This document shows, in pieces, positions 14,395-28,029 of a stretch of DNA of 64,000 nucleotides. The first letter of the stretch is position 1, and each line of letters begins with the position of its first letter. The position numbers were made by a program, and so were the translations under genes. The notes beneath the pieces were generated by a model that saw nothing but the letters and a program-made list of their open reading frames with translations, ran no database searches and was not told where the DNA came from. Origin of the DNA: Bigelowiella natans CCMP2755 (lineage: Eukaryota; Protista; Cercozoa); NCBI GenBank assembly GCA_000320545.1, contig ADNK01002623.1:28550-92549 (forward strand), in the 5' to 3' direction.

Positions 14395-15731
14395 TCTAGC
14401 TATTTTTTAATATATTTTCCTCTTACATAGTTTCACCACCTGATGAGACAGTACTCCGATTAATGACAATTTTTCGTTCAGGTGGCGGTAGTAGCAAATT
14501 CGAGGAAGCAACAGGACAAGATAGACTCTTTTGGTGGGTTGGGGGGAAAGGACGCTCTCTCTTTCAGCAGTAGTCCTGTCCGGACCTTCCTTTCATCGCT
14601 TCTAGTAAGCGTTGCAAAGCCGATACTAAAACGGTTCGGGGACTCTGCGGAAAAATGCAGAGAAGTCGGAGTGGGTATTATCTCTGGATTTGCTGAATAT
14701 GTAACAAATGTGTCACAATTTCTACCATTCATCATTCCCGTTTTGCGTCATCGCATGTCAAGCAAGTCGCCTCACCCATACTTCTCGAAGAGAATCAGTC
14801 TTATGGGCGCCCAAGACGAGCTGGCAGACGTGAGAGAGGAGAATGAAGATGACGAAACTCTCTTTGCCTGGACAACTCCAGATCCTTTGGAAGACTCAGA
14901 GGAGATACGTCTGCTGAACATGAAGCTGCTCCACCTTATAATTCAACGCTGCCAGCACCAACTCTTCCCTTTTCTAAACGACGTCGTCACATTGCTAGTT
15001 CTTGGCCTCGGCGACAGATTCCCGGATGTCAAACAGGAGTGTTTTGCTTGCATTGTAAAGGTTTGCGAGCTGTTTCCTGTAAGAATACGAGGTTGTAGCG
15101 TCGATTTGTGCAAGATTACCATGCCGTCCCTCAAACATAAGCTCTCTAGAATACGAATCAGCGCAATCCACGCTACCAAAGCATTGATTGTGGCGGGTGC
15201 AGCTCAGGCTATACGGACTCTAACTGCATTCCGGGAACATAATGTAATTGTTCTAAAAGCTTTCTTTCACGGGGAATCAAGAGTAAACTATTTTGCGTCT
15301 TTGTGTGAGGACAGCAATTCTCGTGTGAGGCTAGAATTCTTTAATTGTATGAACTTCTTAATGACCAAGCTGCACGAGCGCGCTAACTTCGAGACGTTGT
15401 TGATGCCCTATGTCATCGCCGGGCTCTTCGATCAGTGTGAGGAGATCCAGCAGAATGCACTTAACACTATCCAGGCTCTTGGAATCGAACACGAGGAATG
15501 GAACAAGGACAAGTTGGATGACAGAAAATACTACGCCAAGCTAGCGGAACGTGTGTCCATGAAGCACAGGCTCGAGGGGCTGGAGCACCTCTACCCAGTA
15601 CCGCATACCAAACGCCCAGGTATAGGGGCAAGAGAGGTGGTCATGAAATTCACCACCCGACTGCTTTCGCCTCTTCTCCGAGAGTTGGATGATTGGAAAA
15701 GTGGTCCAAAGTAAGAATGAATAAATTTCTC

Positions 15732-15766
<35 letters not shown>

Positions 15767-18308
15767 GTTATATCGATGTTTCTGACATGTAGGATCAATA
15801 CTTTCAACCTACTACTTCCAAACATATATACCTACCTTCTGGCCCGTATTGCAGAGAAATATTTTGCGTTCCCTTCTTCCCCTTTATTCTAACCATTCTC
15901 CATCTTCTGCTTCATTAAGGTACCGGGCAGCTAAGCTACTGCAGATCCTGCTGATCTACACAGAGGACTACATAAATGACGAGGTTCAGGGCATCGTCAC
16001 CACCCTTACAAAGCAGGTGGCGGACCCCGAGATTGGATCTGAAATTGCGGTGTGTTTGAAGCTATTGGGTCGATTTGCAGATTTTAATGTCCTTCTTAGT
16101 GAGGTTCGCCGTAATCTGGAGAGCAATAGCGCAGATGATTCCAAGCAGGAAAGAACCCTACTTAGTCTTAGCTACCTTATTCAAGGGGCACCCCCTGCAA
16201 TAGCAGCATCATATCTTTGTGATATCCTACACTTGATATCCATCCCTGATGTGCTTCATGTCAGAGAGTCCGGGAATTTGGTGGCCTACTTCCGCCTCTG
16301 TGAGGTCCTTGGAGGCCTGATGATGAGACTAGATCCTGCACAGTTTCAAGCTCAAGTCAATTCCCATAGACGGCAGCAGCAGCCCAGAAGACACACTAGC
16401 GGGGAGAGATGTGGTAAAAATAACAGCACCAAAGTGAAGGGCTCGATGGCTGAATCGAATTACTACTTCTTCAAGAGTACGAACGCAGAGACAGCTAAGA
16501 ACTTCCGTCCTATTCCGCTTGATAGCAAGGCAAAGAAAACCATACGAAACATGGATCAGGATAGCGTAGTTGTAGTGTATGAAAAGGACGACGACGGAAA
16601 AAAAACAGCAGGACGGCTAGTGACTAGAGAAGTGTTGATCGAGATATTCAGGATCCAGGTTGGATTGCAAGCTTTGCTTGACCTATCTCCCCCCAAAAAA
16701 TGGGGCTTAGACCACCAACAACGGCTCTTGGCCGTGAGGGCGCTCAATACATGCCAATCAGGTGTGCAGCTGCAAATGAGCAGCTTGAGCGGTGGTAGTT
16801 GTCATGACGACGACAACTACGACACTAGTGCTACCACCACAACAGCAACAGCAGAGGAGATGGTGAGCAATCAACTACCACCAAAACCTGATGGGAAAAC
16901 GGTGAGTGGTATTTGTATTGGTGGGGGTGGTAGCAGCAGTAATAGTATAAGTAGTAGTTGCGGTAGTCCCAAAGTAGTAGATACTCTTGTTGAAGAGCTT
17001 CTGAAACGACAAGTGACTGAGTGTTCTCAATCACCGAATACTTACACATCCAACGCTTATGGTATCTTGGTTTTAAAGTGGCTTAGTGCCCATGTTGTTC
17101 CAACAACAACTCAAGAGGATGATAGTAGTAGGAGGAGGAGGAGTACCAGCAGTGGTAGCAGTAGCAGTAGTAAAAGCAATAGCATCATCGGTAGCGGTAT
17201 ATTGTACATTACACGTTCTCTGCTCAAGTGCATTTTAGCCACGAAGGGGGAGGTAGTAAGTCCTAATAGTGTGACAGCAGTAGTAGGGGAGTACTTTGAA
17301 AGCCTTCTCCACATACTTCGCAATTGCAGTCAAAGTCTGCTTCTCACTACCACCGGAGCAGCAGAAACCATTAGTTCTGTCCTTTCAAGTGGTTTGGAAG
17401 AGTACACCTGGTCACTCTTCCAAGCTTTGTTGCGGACTACGACAATGACGACAACGATGCCAACGACCGTGATGCAACTCGTGAAATACCAAGGTGAAGA
17501 GAAGAAGGGTATTACAAGCAAGGTCAAAAATAAGAAGAGTGCAGATGTTATTGCAGCTACGGTGGCGAAGAGGATGGAACTAGCGAGAATTGTTATTTTA
17601 ATAATCCGCGTGCTTAGTGGGGCATTGCAAACGAAGATACTCCCCTCGGTCCCTAGAAACTTGGCATTGGTACTTGGAAGGACTCTCGCTTTGCAGCCGT
17701 TTTTGGACTATTACCACCAAAATTCGTCAGAGAACGATCGATTAATCTTGAAGGATTTCGTAGTAGCAAGCTTACTGCTAAAAGAAAAGCAACAAAAGGA
17801 GAAGGAGGAGGAAGGGAACAAATCACAGCAGCATCAACATGGTCACGACAAGAAGAAATTCATGATGGGGCCAGAACTTGAGTTCCTAGTCGCGACCTAT
17901 GCACTATTATTATACAATGATAGCAATATTCGTGATAATAATAGCGATGATCGTCTGCAAGCAGTGGGCCAGTTAGAAAACCTAAAATGTCTGCTTGGCG
18001 CTACTAACGTAGTAGTAGTACACAATGAGGAGAAAGAAATGGAACAAGCAGTAGTGCTACTGGGAGGGGAGAAAAATGGGGGGGACATTAGCAAAGCTAT
18101 CACTGAGCTGTGTGGGACTTTCTGCATGTCAGGCAGAGCTACAATGAATGAAATTCCTCTCGTAGAAGCACTATTCTCTCAGCTCTACACGAAGCACGAG
18201 CAAACCTTCATGGAAGCTGTCAAGCGATATGAGCATGTAGAGCTGGTCAAAGAGTTAAAAGACCGGGTAGTTAATGCTAGAAGAAGCACATCCAAGCTAG
18301 TTAAATGA
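13547..18308 (+). CDS. DNAAF5: Dynein axonemal assembly factor 5 (HEATR2)-like HEAT-repeat protein with long divergent C-terminus
   Basis: Colinear motifs recalled from DNAAF5: KRQRAL, LKRFGDSAEKCRE, EDSEEIRL, LGDRFPDVKQEC, LKHKLSRIRISAI, RPGIGAREVV...LLRELDDW, AAKLLQILLIYTEDYI; GT-AG introns. Confidence 0.8.
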
Positions 18309-18420
18309 TGACGTAGCATGAGGATCAGAGCATGCTACACGGACACATTTTCATAGTCTTTTTCATGTAGACATGCGAGCATCTGCTGCATAATACGCGA
18401 ACATTGTAAAAGCATATTGA

Positions 18421-18570
18421 GACGAATGTAATAAATTGATTAAATCTTTTCAATGGTCATCCTGAGCGTAGCTATGCAAAGCAGCGGCGAAAGCGCTGGT
18501 GTTGTGTCGGTTTGTCTCCGCTATGATGTGTCTCATGCACGTGAAAGCATATCACATCGTATACGTCCAT
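18421..18570 (+). repeat. Dispersed ~150-bp repeat, copy A
   Basis: gacgaatgtaataaa...ttcaatggtcatc...gtagctatgcaaagcagcggc shared with 18751 and 44498/44830. Confidence 0.8.
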
Positions 18571-18750
18571 GCGATGCTTGACATCGATCTCGCCCTCAAA
18601 TTTTAACATTTGCAGTCCTGGCTCATTCTAGCACTACACCTGCCACCATGATCAGTGCAAAGCTAACACAGATGATATGTTGCAACATACTTGTCCATTG
18701 AAGTTACGACTACAGCAGCCATTTGATCGCTGTGGAAAAAACACAAGATC

Positions 18751-18905
18751 GACGGATGTAATAAAATGTTTAAATTTTTCAATGGTCATCCCAATGTAGC
18801 TGTGCAAAGCAGCGGCTACAGCGCTCAAGTTGAATCTGTTTGTGGAGAAAATGTGCCATGCAGCTTCACGCCAGCGTGAATGCACCTGCTTTCGTCCATA
18901 CGCCA
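18751..18905 (+). repeat. Dispersed ~150-bp repeat, copy B
   Basis: gacggatgtaataaa...ttcaatggtcatc...gtagctgtgcaaagcagcggc...gttgaatctgtt. Confidence 0.8.
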
Positions 18906-19305
18906 TGCATGTGTGCTCACTTGCTTTTGCAATTGTTCATTCACACTTGCATGCATTGCTTGCTCCTGCCGCCATGCACAGCGCTACAAGCACACATCGT
19001 GCGAACACACCACATGTGTGTGTGTGCGCATGCATGCACATGCATACACATGTGTACACATACAAATAGTGTGTGTGTGTGTGTGTGTGTGACTATTGTT
19101 GTGTGCCATGTGCAGTCAATCGCTCGTAGCAAAAGTATAGTCGATCGCCAGTGCAGACATGGGTGACACAGTATGCACGCAATCGTTCGGGCGGTCGAAT
19201 GAAGAATATTGTGCAAATCATTGTACATTGGTCCGGATCCCGCCATCCCACGCAGTAACCAAGTATGTAGCCAATGGCGTTGTGTACAAAAAAACATATT
19301 TTTCA

Positions 19306-19884
19306 TTACCACGGTGGCCTCTCTGGTTCATTTGCAGGCTCTGGCACCAGTGCATTGCGTTGAGTCTCGTCCCAATATCGATGATAGTATCTCTCCTTAG
19401 AGAGATGCCTCTCACTATTGTCTGTGCTGCCTTCCGTAGCCCTCCCATATTCTTCCTCATCTAGCGGTTCGTTGCATAGTTGTGTCCTTCTAAACTTGTC
19501 GATGCACTCGCGGGGAAATGAAAGGCCGAAGCAGCAATAGTCAACGTAATATCTAAGGGAGTACAACGATTCATTGTAACATTTCGATTACGAAATTGCT
19601 AGCTTTCAGGTTAAGAAATTGAGAATAAAAATCATTACAGAAGTTTGATCGTAAATAACTGCGCTGTCGCGAAATTTAGTGGAAATGCTAAGACTAAAAT
19701 CTTATTACGCTTTGCAAAGATCCAAGACAATGGACCGCGGCAACGAACTTTTGGTCAACATCTTGAATTCGTCTTGCAAAAATGTATTTCGTCCCTTTTC
19801 TGGGGAAAAACAAAAATATATATGGAGAAAGTGCCAACAAGGAGATGGAGAGTAGTACGATATTGTGATGTTCACATATATATA

Positions 19885-19922
<38 letters not shown>

Positions 19923-19931
19923 AAGGTAGCT

Positions 19932-19965
<34 letters not shown>

Positions 19966-21530
19966 CTGCAATAAGATGGAGCGACTGGTCCCGGAAAAAC
20001 TTCCAGAGGTGATCATACCCTTCTTGCAGTGAAGATACCTACATGTTAGTTCTCAGAGAATCGATCAAATATGATGATGGTGATGATGATGATGAGGATG
20101 ATGACCGTTATAATCACAGAGGGAGGTTAAAGAGAAAATGGTGATTATATAGTGGGGATCGATGACACACGTTGCAGATGTAGTCTATATCTCTTGGGGA
20201 ACCGTCTGGAGTGCTGATATAGAGGCTCTGTGGCCACAAATGCCACTCAAAGTACCTATCTCACATCAACCAACAAAAATATCACGATTTTGATGTCGAA
20301 TAGTAGCAGTATCCTCTCTCCTCCTCCAACGAACACTTCTTCTATACTTATGATCCTACCCTTGATAAACAAGTCGATGTGCCCAGGTAGCTGCATCATC
20401 CAAACTTCGATTTTTTGAACAACCTCCTGGTGGGCAGTACTTGTCCTTATATTTGTGCCTACTTGAGCAGCAAGAAGATTACTAAGACAACGAAGGGTGT
20501 CTATCATACCACGAGGAGATGTTAATAAAGTGGAGTAATTCCATATATTGACGAATAGAAATCGCAAACCCCGTTAAACAATACAATCCGTATTTGACAA
20601 CCTGAGAAAATTGAAAACCGAAACAAATCGATCTATCGGATCTCGAATGCAGGTGAAACTAAAGAGTCCGGAGCCCCATTTACGTCTTTTAGGGAAGATT
20701 TGGGATCCTGGCCAATGATGATTGTGGAAGTGTTTAATTACTATGATTGATACAATGGATGACTATTGGCGATGACTACGGGAGAGGATGATGATGAAAT
20801 ACTACTACCTATTGCCTTCCGTATGCTTCTAGAAGCAGATTTGGGGATTTCATGATACAAGATACCTAGGGTGACGTTTTCAGCGTAATGGGCTGGCGAA
20901 ACTGCAAATCGACGACTTTTTGTGTTGAGGAAGCAAGATCTGTGTTGAAAATAAGCTATTACGTACAGGCGACAAGAGATATAAATATTATGCTTTGAAA
21001 ACACACGATCATAGTGAACATGATAAACATTGAATGATCACGAACACACACACCCACACAATACATATGATGATGCCAATGTATGATCACCTGTAGGTTT
21101 CACACACACACATACATACATACATACATACATACATACACACAAACACACACAAACACAACGTGCAACAAATGGTGAAGATGTCGATGTATGATCACCT
21201 GTAGGTTTCTAAGATGGGTCTTTGTGCTGGAGGACCATCAATAGGGTTGGGCTCACCCCGTATGATGTCCTGATTCATACAAATATCACTTGAATATTGG
21301 CACCAATTATGGATACGTGTTTTAAGAACCTGATTCTTGACATGGAGTCCTCCTCCTCCTCCTCCTCCTCCTCCTCCTCCTCCTCCTCCTCCTCCACCCG
21401 TGGTCTTGAGTGTGGCGTTGGTGGGAAGGTCGAACAAGATGAACAGGCCACCCAGGATTGTAAAGCTGCACAAGGCATAACGTATTGCCTGCTCATAGTT
21501 CCGCAACCAGCTTTCGAATTCTGCCATCAC
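19306..21530 (-). CDS. Golgi-type sulfotransferase (Sulfotransfer_2 / CHST-like), type II membrane protein
   Basis: N-terminal TM (YALCSFTILGGLFILF); 5'-PSB motif ILYHEIPKSASRSIR; 3'-PB motif FSFTCIRDPIDRFVS; YFEWHLWPQ...IDYIC; C-terminal YYVDYCCFGL; spliced by eye. Confidence 0.85.
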
Positions 21531-22368
21531 CTCATCACGAGCGTCTCCATATTATTACATCCTGCAGCTTCAGAGTGGAAGGAAGTTGGTGCAAGCAGAG
21601 GAGGAGGTAGAGCGGAAGAAGAGTCGTCCTAATAAGTAGTACGTAACAGAGAGACATCCCAATCTTTTATGTCGTAACTATAAAACCACTTCAATTCTAT
21701 GCATAAGAAGGAAAGAGAAGCAGTGACAGCAGAGACATCTTAATACTTATGTCGTCACTATGATCTCACATCAATTCTAGGAATAAGTTAAATATTATTA
21801 TCATTGGAGAATTATGACGTAGGGAAACGGCTGATCGGATACAGTCGTAATCATTCGTTTCCGAAACTTTAACGGTAAGATAAATCATACAGATTTTGTG
21901 AAGACGATAAATGCGATAGTGATTGAGAAAGTCTCAGGTGTAGGCAAAATGGCATGAAATGGACTGGTTTGAATCTATCTTTGCATACTTAAACGATGTG
22001 CATCTGATCTCTCTTGATGAGTTCAAGATGTGGTACCCCAACTACAGTTATAATAAACCAACTCAACAGCTGCAGTAATCTCAGATCCTTCTTTACTAGA
22101 TCAAGGGGCAAGGAGGAGGACATCCTCACCCCCTAACCCTACCTCACCAAAATTGTACGATCTGCATCCACAACCAAATTATTAAATTAGTTAACACACT
22201 ACAATCCTGGGAGTTCACCCCTTCCAGAGGAGATTTCAACAGGAATTGCAATGGGTTCAAAGGGGAAGATGCCTGCCTACAGCGCCCACGCCATAGTACA
22301 CTCGAATCATCATCTAACGAATTGGTCCCCCAAGTATTTTCACAGTCACCGAAAATGGATGCACTTAG

Positions 22369-23374
22369 TTGATTAACTTTTTCATTTCACAACTGTCGAG
22401 TATTTCTGATCCCAAACCTACCGGATATTTTACCACGTATTTCGATCAGATTGTCATCGTCAAACTACAAAGAATGCTCCGAAGGAAGCGGCAGAAAGCA
22501 CGTGATCTTATTCGTGAAAAAGTTAAGAAGGGTCTAAAGGAACAAGAGGAAGAATTGAAAAGGAAGCTAGAAGCTGGTCAAATTGATTACCTGCGTGCTC
22601 ATTGAAATGCATCAAATGAATGAATGTTCCTCAGGCCGACGGCGCCGTTCAATCAAAAAGCCTGTCTCTTCTTCGTCACGTAATAAAGAAGAAAAGAGAA
22701 ATATTACGACGGTAGAAAACAAAAGCACCACTACTAATCTGAATGAGGCTAAAATTTCGAATTTGGAAATAAACCCGCCTATGCTCCCGGACTCTCAAAT
22801 GACAGCGGCAACAACAAAGGAAATATCATTGTTAACGGAGGATATTTCATTATCATCATCCTCATCATCGTCCTCCTCACGATCTTCATCACCCGCAAAA
22901 TCCACTCGGACAACTAAGGCTTCAACTACCACAAAAACTACACCTTCTTTACTTGAAGGAAAGGTTCCACTTTCGGCAAAAGATTTGGTACTTATAAATA
23001 TACCTGAAGCCGATTAATCCGAACACCATTTTCCCTTGGAAGTGATGGTGCAAAATCCACGAATTTTACATTTAAATGATACTAAAAAGTAAAAACTTAT
23101 TTCCTTTCTCCTCTCTATATCTTTCACACAAAGGTTCTCATTGTGAAAGTTCAGAGAAAGTTTAAGAAAATTTTGCAAAGAGGGCGTGAGAGGTTTGAAG
23201 ATTCTAAGTATTTCTCTTATATTTTAAACTATATGGTTACTTTTAAGATATCTTGTTCTCTCCAGATTACGGAATAAGGCATTGCAGATGAGGGAGGAGG
23301 CAGAAAGGGCGCTCTTAAAGAAGCTTCGAACCCCAAAACCCCGGCGTAATTCGATCAAAAATCTACACCAGTGA
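22369..23374 (+). CDS. Hypothetical protein with two IQ-like motifs (5' end unresolved)
   Basis: IVKLQRMLRRKRQK and IVKVQRKFKKILQR segments, coiled-coil-like and Ser/Thr-rich exons, stop at 23372-23374. Confidence 0.4.
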
Positions 23375-24069
23375 TACAAACTGGTGAAACTGTATATATT
23401 TTGTCCTCGAATTGCAAAGGATCGCTGATGACTCACGGTTCATTTACGTTCGGAGTGAATTGTAAAGTAAATGTTTTTTGGTGAAAATGAATATGTGTTG
23501 AATGTATCATTTATGATATCTTTTTTGAATTGATAATACCCTATGCGTGAAAACAGAATTTCAGCTTTACTTGTGGCTGTGTGGTGTATGCATGTCATTG
23601 TTACCTCTAGCTGGGACTAGTCACAAAGTAGCCTCGTGCATTTTGTGCCAGCTACATTGTTCGCTACGTGCATGCTAGCATAATTTCATGCATAGACACA
23701 GGCTAGCAGGCAGGAAATTGCGGTCTTGCATCTTCATTGTTGCACAAAATGTTGCAGCATCTTCTCTGTGATGTGTGGAATGTTTGGTGTTGCGCTACGT
23801 ACTAAGTCAAATGACATCGAAGTTCATGTTCCACGCACGATGCTCAGCGAGGCAATCTAGGCTACTTGCCAAGATCAGCATGTAGTTGTATATAGTTGGC
23901 CAGGAAAAAATGAAAGTCGAGATTGATGTCGCGATGAATTGTTGATAAATCCACACGTGCGCTTGGCTGCAAAAGGTGCAAAAGCACGCGTCCAAGTCTG
24001 CATCGCACAGGGCGTGTTAGCTGTAACCGGCGAAGCAACGGTAGGCGCTGAGGTAAACAGATTTAGCAT

Positions 24070-25094
24070 GCTGCCACAATCCTGTGCTGAGAACTAGGCA
24101 ACAACAAGAGAAAAAGGCTGAAAATATCACAGCAGAGATCCAAAACATTACATGGGAGATATCTGATGTCCCAGTGACAATGGGTCCCTTATACCCTCAT
24201 GTCCAGGTAGATGAATGGCGTGATGGTTCTGCTTTTTTGATGATGGTGGTTTATCGTTGCGTACTTCCACCTTACCCCCAAAGACTACCCGAGAACCTTC
24301 AATTCCAAGCCGTCTACGAATAATGGTTTTGATGATTATAGAGATGATGGCAATAGTGTTATAATGATGCTTCGTGCGATGATCATAACTATCAAGTAAT
24401 GTAAAGGAACTAGGATGGAAGGAAATGCAGTGAAAATACTAGTGTACGAGCCACTGGAATAGACATATGAAAATAATACCCAAAGGTCATCGCGCAATGA
24501 TAGCAGAATATAGTATACTAAACCTAAACTCCTGTGGGGGATTATGCCATGGGTCGCATCCGTTGAACTGCAATGCATCTGTCTTATTTTTCTCACAAAC
24601 TTGATGCCTCGTATCAATGTGCAACGTATATTCCCCTTTTCCTTTTCCATCTTCGCAACGGTGCATGCGTATCAGAGGTTGACGACTGTTGTTATATTGT
24701 TGATGACAAAAGCTTTAGTAATGACAACAGTTTGTAATGTTTGTAATACTAGGAGAGAATGTAGCGAATACACACATGAACTTCTTCCAATGTTAATGGC
24801 ATATAGTTTTTACCGATCGTCAATCTCACAGTAAAGATATCCTTGCACACGTTCTCCTCCAAAAGTTGATCGAAATTTTCGGCAGCGACCACGCTCGATG
24901 CCTGCATAATGTGCCCCCAATAGAGAAGCATCATCATCATCCCCGTCATTGTTTTTCTTATTATGGTCGCCCTGTTCCTTGTCCTTCTTGTCATCGTTAT
25001 TAGATGAAGGGTCTCCTTTTTCTCCCTCACAAATCACTGCAACCCATGGGTACCTATTAATATCCTCAGATCCAGCGTCTACTTTTCCCAGCAA
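24070..25094 (-). CDS. Hypothetical multi-exon protein
   Basis: In-frame GT-AG exon chain ...ERVQGYLYCEIDDR|RQPLIRMHRCEDGKGKGEYTLHIDTRHQ|FNGCDPWHNPPQEFR...; no family recognised; ends approximate. Confidence 0.45.
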
Positions 25095-25494
25095 TACCTA
25101 GTAACAATGATGATAAAAAGTATGACGGCCATTAATGAAAATGATGATTTAGAATTAGTAGAGATGCTTCCTAATTTATGTTTTGTTATCAAGTTATCAA
25201 ATTCCCATTCGACTTTTTCATTAATTTTAGTTCATGACTCCAAAACTTCAGAATCAATCCCTTCATAGAATTGCCTTCGAATCCCGACACTCTCCGAATT
25301 TCACGACTTCATTTGTTTCATTGATGATAGATCCTTTGCATCCTGGTCGACTGTAGCTCTCTCTCACGTCAACACTGCTCCATTTGTATGATTTTCTACA
25401 AAATATCATAAAACCAAATTTTCTGATGAGTGCAGTTCCTACACAAAAATTAGATGCTGAATAGATACAAGTTGGCAGTTGAATTGAATTGAAC

Positions 25495-28029
25495 ATGGCA
25501 TTGGTGCAAAAGCTTTTTACTGCTTTGTTTGCAATTACTCCTTTTTCCTTGAGGCTTTACCTACGCCGGTAGAGTTAAGGCAGATACCAATCTGGATAAA
25601 TTCATGCAGGCCATACTCGCGACAATCCGCATCCATATATACCTCCAGCTTTACCCATTGTACAGGCAAAGGCGGCGATGCAGCTGTAGGCGAAAATGAA
25701 ACCGATGATGGGCTTCCCTAGAATGGTTGGTTAGTTGGTTAGTTCCAAGACAGAAGGATAAGTGGGTAAAACTATAACATTTGCAGTTATTCACCATGCA
25801 TGTGCAAGACAGGAAAGCTATGAGGACAGTCTCCCCCACGGATCTTGATTGAGAGAGTGGCATGTTGGGAAGCACCAACTTTTAGGAAAAAAGGCAGGAC
25901 AGGGCACGCATTAGCATGCTAAAAACAACAAAATGGCACGCATTTACATGCTGTGACTACTCATTTCAACTTTGAAAACGGAAAACAACAGCAACAAAAT
26001 GGCACGCATTTAAATGCTGTGACTACTCATTGTAACGAAAATAACAACAAAATGGCCACGCGTCTGCCTCGTACGTGCAAATACAACCCACACGGCTGAT
26101 TTCATCCGCTGCTTGTCTGTGTCTGCGAACACACCAAGCTTTGAGCATGGTGGAAGGTCAAGCAAAGGCTTCGGCTAATTCGATTAATTCTACTTTTGAA
26201 TCGATCGGTGGAGAGAAGGTCCATCTCTTTGGAGAGAATTACTTCAAATCTGTCAGGACAAATCACAAGGTGCATGCACACGTGGCATCAAAATGCATGC
26301 AGGTGTGCGCACAGCACATGTGAACAATTTCATATTGCATTGACAGGTCCCGAATGATTTTCTCATGGAATTCAACTTTTCGGATCTATCTGAGGGCGGG
26401 GGTAAAGGGGGATCACCATTGGCATTTCTTGAAAATGGATTCATTGTGAAGGAACTCAATTCGGTAATGCGTGATGCATGTGCGTGATGCATGTGCGACT
26501 GTTCTGCAGATTTCCAAACATGAAATTTTAAAAACTTGCCATCATGTTTGCTTTTGGTGAAACAGGGTGATCATGTATCTCTACTAGAGATGACGGAATC
26601 TCTGCACCAACATTATACAGATCGTAAATGTAAAACTCTAATTGTAAAATTTTACATGCATTTCCAAGTCCAATCAACGAGGAGGTATTAAAATTATGAG
26701 CGTTAAGATAAATAAACTGGGGTGAGTGACATTTTTACAGAACATACGCGGTAATGCAAAATGTGTTTCATCATGGGAAAGGAAGGAAGATATCATGGAA
26801 GTACCTCTTCGACCTAAAAGGTTGCCAAGACGATAAGCTTTTGCAGGAAAATGGGGAATCCATTCCGGTTGGCTAATGATCCTACTTGATTTTTTGTCAT
26901 GCCATCACTGTCACTATATTCTGTATTCATGCAGGAAGTCCATCTTCGTTGGTTCAAGTTCTACATGTGCTGGTACGGATTTCAGTGTTGCTGTTCAAGG
27001 GACTGCGCCTTGTTCTGTTGCCAAACGCCTGAAAGGCAAAGGTAAGCATCACCTGATCATGTTAGATAGAAATTTAGTAGAGACACTATTTTTGACAGGT
27101 ATTTCAATGGGAAAAAATTTGCCTATGATGGAAAGCTGCATATGTCGAGCAGGGACAAAGCTACATATTCAGAATTGCTGAAAAATGACATCGTTTTCCT
27201 CAAGAATCACGAAGTGATGGATTATTCCTTACTCATAGGGATACAAGAGTTCAATTCAATTGAGGTACTTTTGTCACCTTTAGGGTATAAGTTATTTTCG
27301 TATTCATCTTCTAAAGAACCACATGCCAGGACGCGAATAATTTTGGATTTAGCAATGCACAGTTCGTCACATATTTTCCAGATGATCATAAATCAAAATA
27401 TTCTGGGAAAGTTCACGTAATCTACATGGGAATTATTGACTTCTTCCAGAAATGGAACATCGCAAAGGTAATAGAATGTCTAAATATCACGGACTTTTTT
27501 GTTGTGTCCAATTATACTTAAACTTCCTTGAAAATAGATGCTTGGCTATTAAGAGATTTTTCTGAAAGGATGTAGCCAGATGCCTAAAGACAATATTTTG
27601 TGCTCCGACACCGTTGGCAACCGTTCCTCCAGGAAGATATGCAGAGCAATTTCAGGATCATCTACTGGAAAAGTTCTTGGTGGTCCAGATTAGGAATGTA
27701 GTCTAAAATCAAGTGTGAGATGATGAATGAAGAAACTTCATAGCATGCGAAAACAGTATGAATTTTTGGCAATTGTTTTCAACTAGGATGATGCAAAAGA
27801 ATGTGGAGCATATCCTGAAAATTATGAAGCTGATGAAGCTAAATCACATTTTTGCGACGGTGAAAGTACCAGCATTGGAGGTACCAAAAACCAGAGCAGG
27901 TTGAAGTCATCTATCCCAGAATCTAGACACGCGACAATGAACCCAAATGTGCTTGGAGACGTGAGTGGAAGGACCTCTGCTGAGGAAAACAAAGTGGATC
28001 GAGAGAAACTTGGTGCAGAGGCTCATTGA
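25495..28029 (+). CDS. Phosphatidylinositol-phosphate kinase (PIP5K/PIP4K family)
   Basis: GGGKGGSPLAFLENGFIVKEL, YAVMQNVF, YLFDLKGC, NDIVFLKNHEVMDYSLLIGI, IYMGIIDFFQKW and TVPPGRYAEQF motifs across exons; start codon uncertain. Confidence 0.88.
25903..26060. repeat. Intronic tandem repeat (caacaaaatggcacgcattt.atgctgtgactactcatt; two full and two partial units)
   Basis: Directly visible. Confidence 0.75.

Noticed and set aside
25903-26060. Repeat-spacer-like pattern suggestive of CRISPR
   Set aside because: Only 2-4 degenerate units in a eukaryotic intron, no unique spacers of regular length and no cas genes
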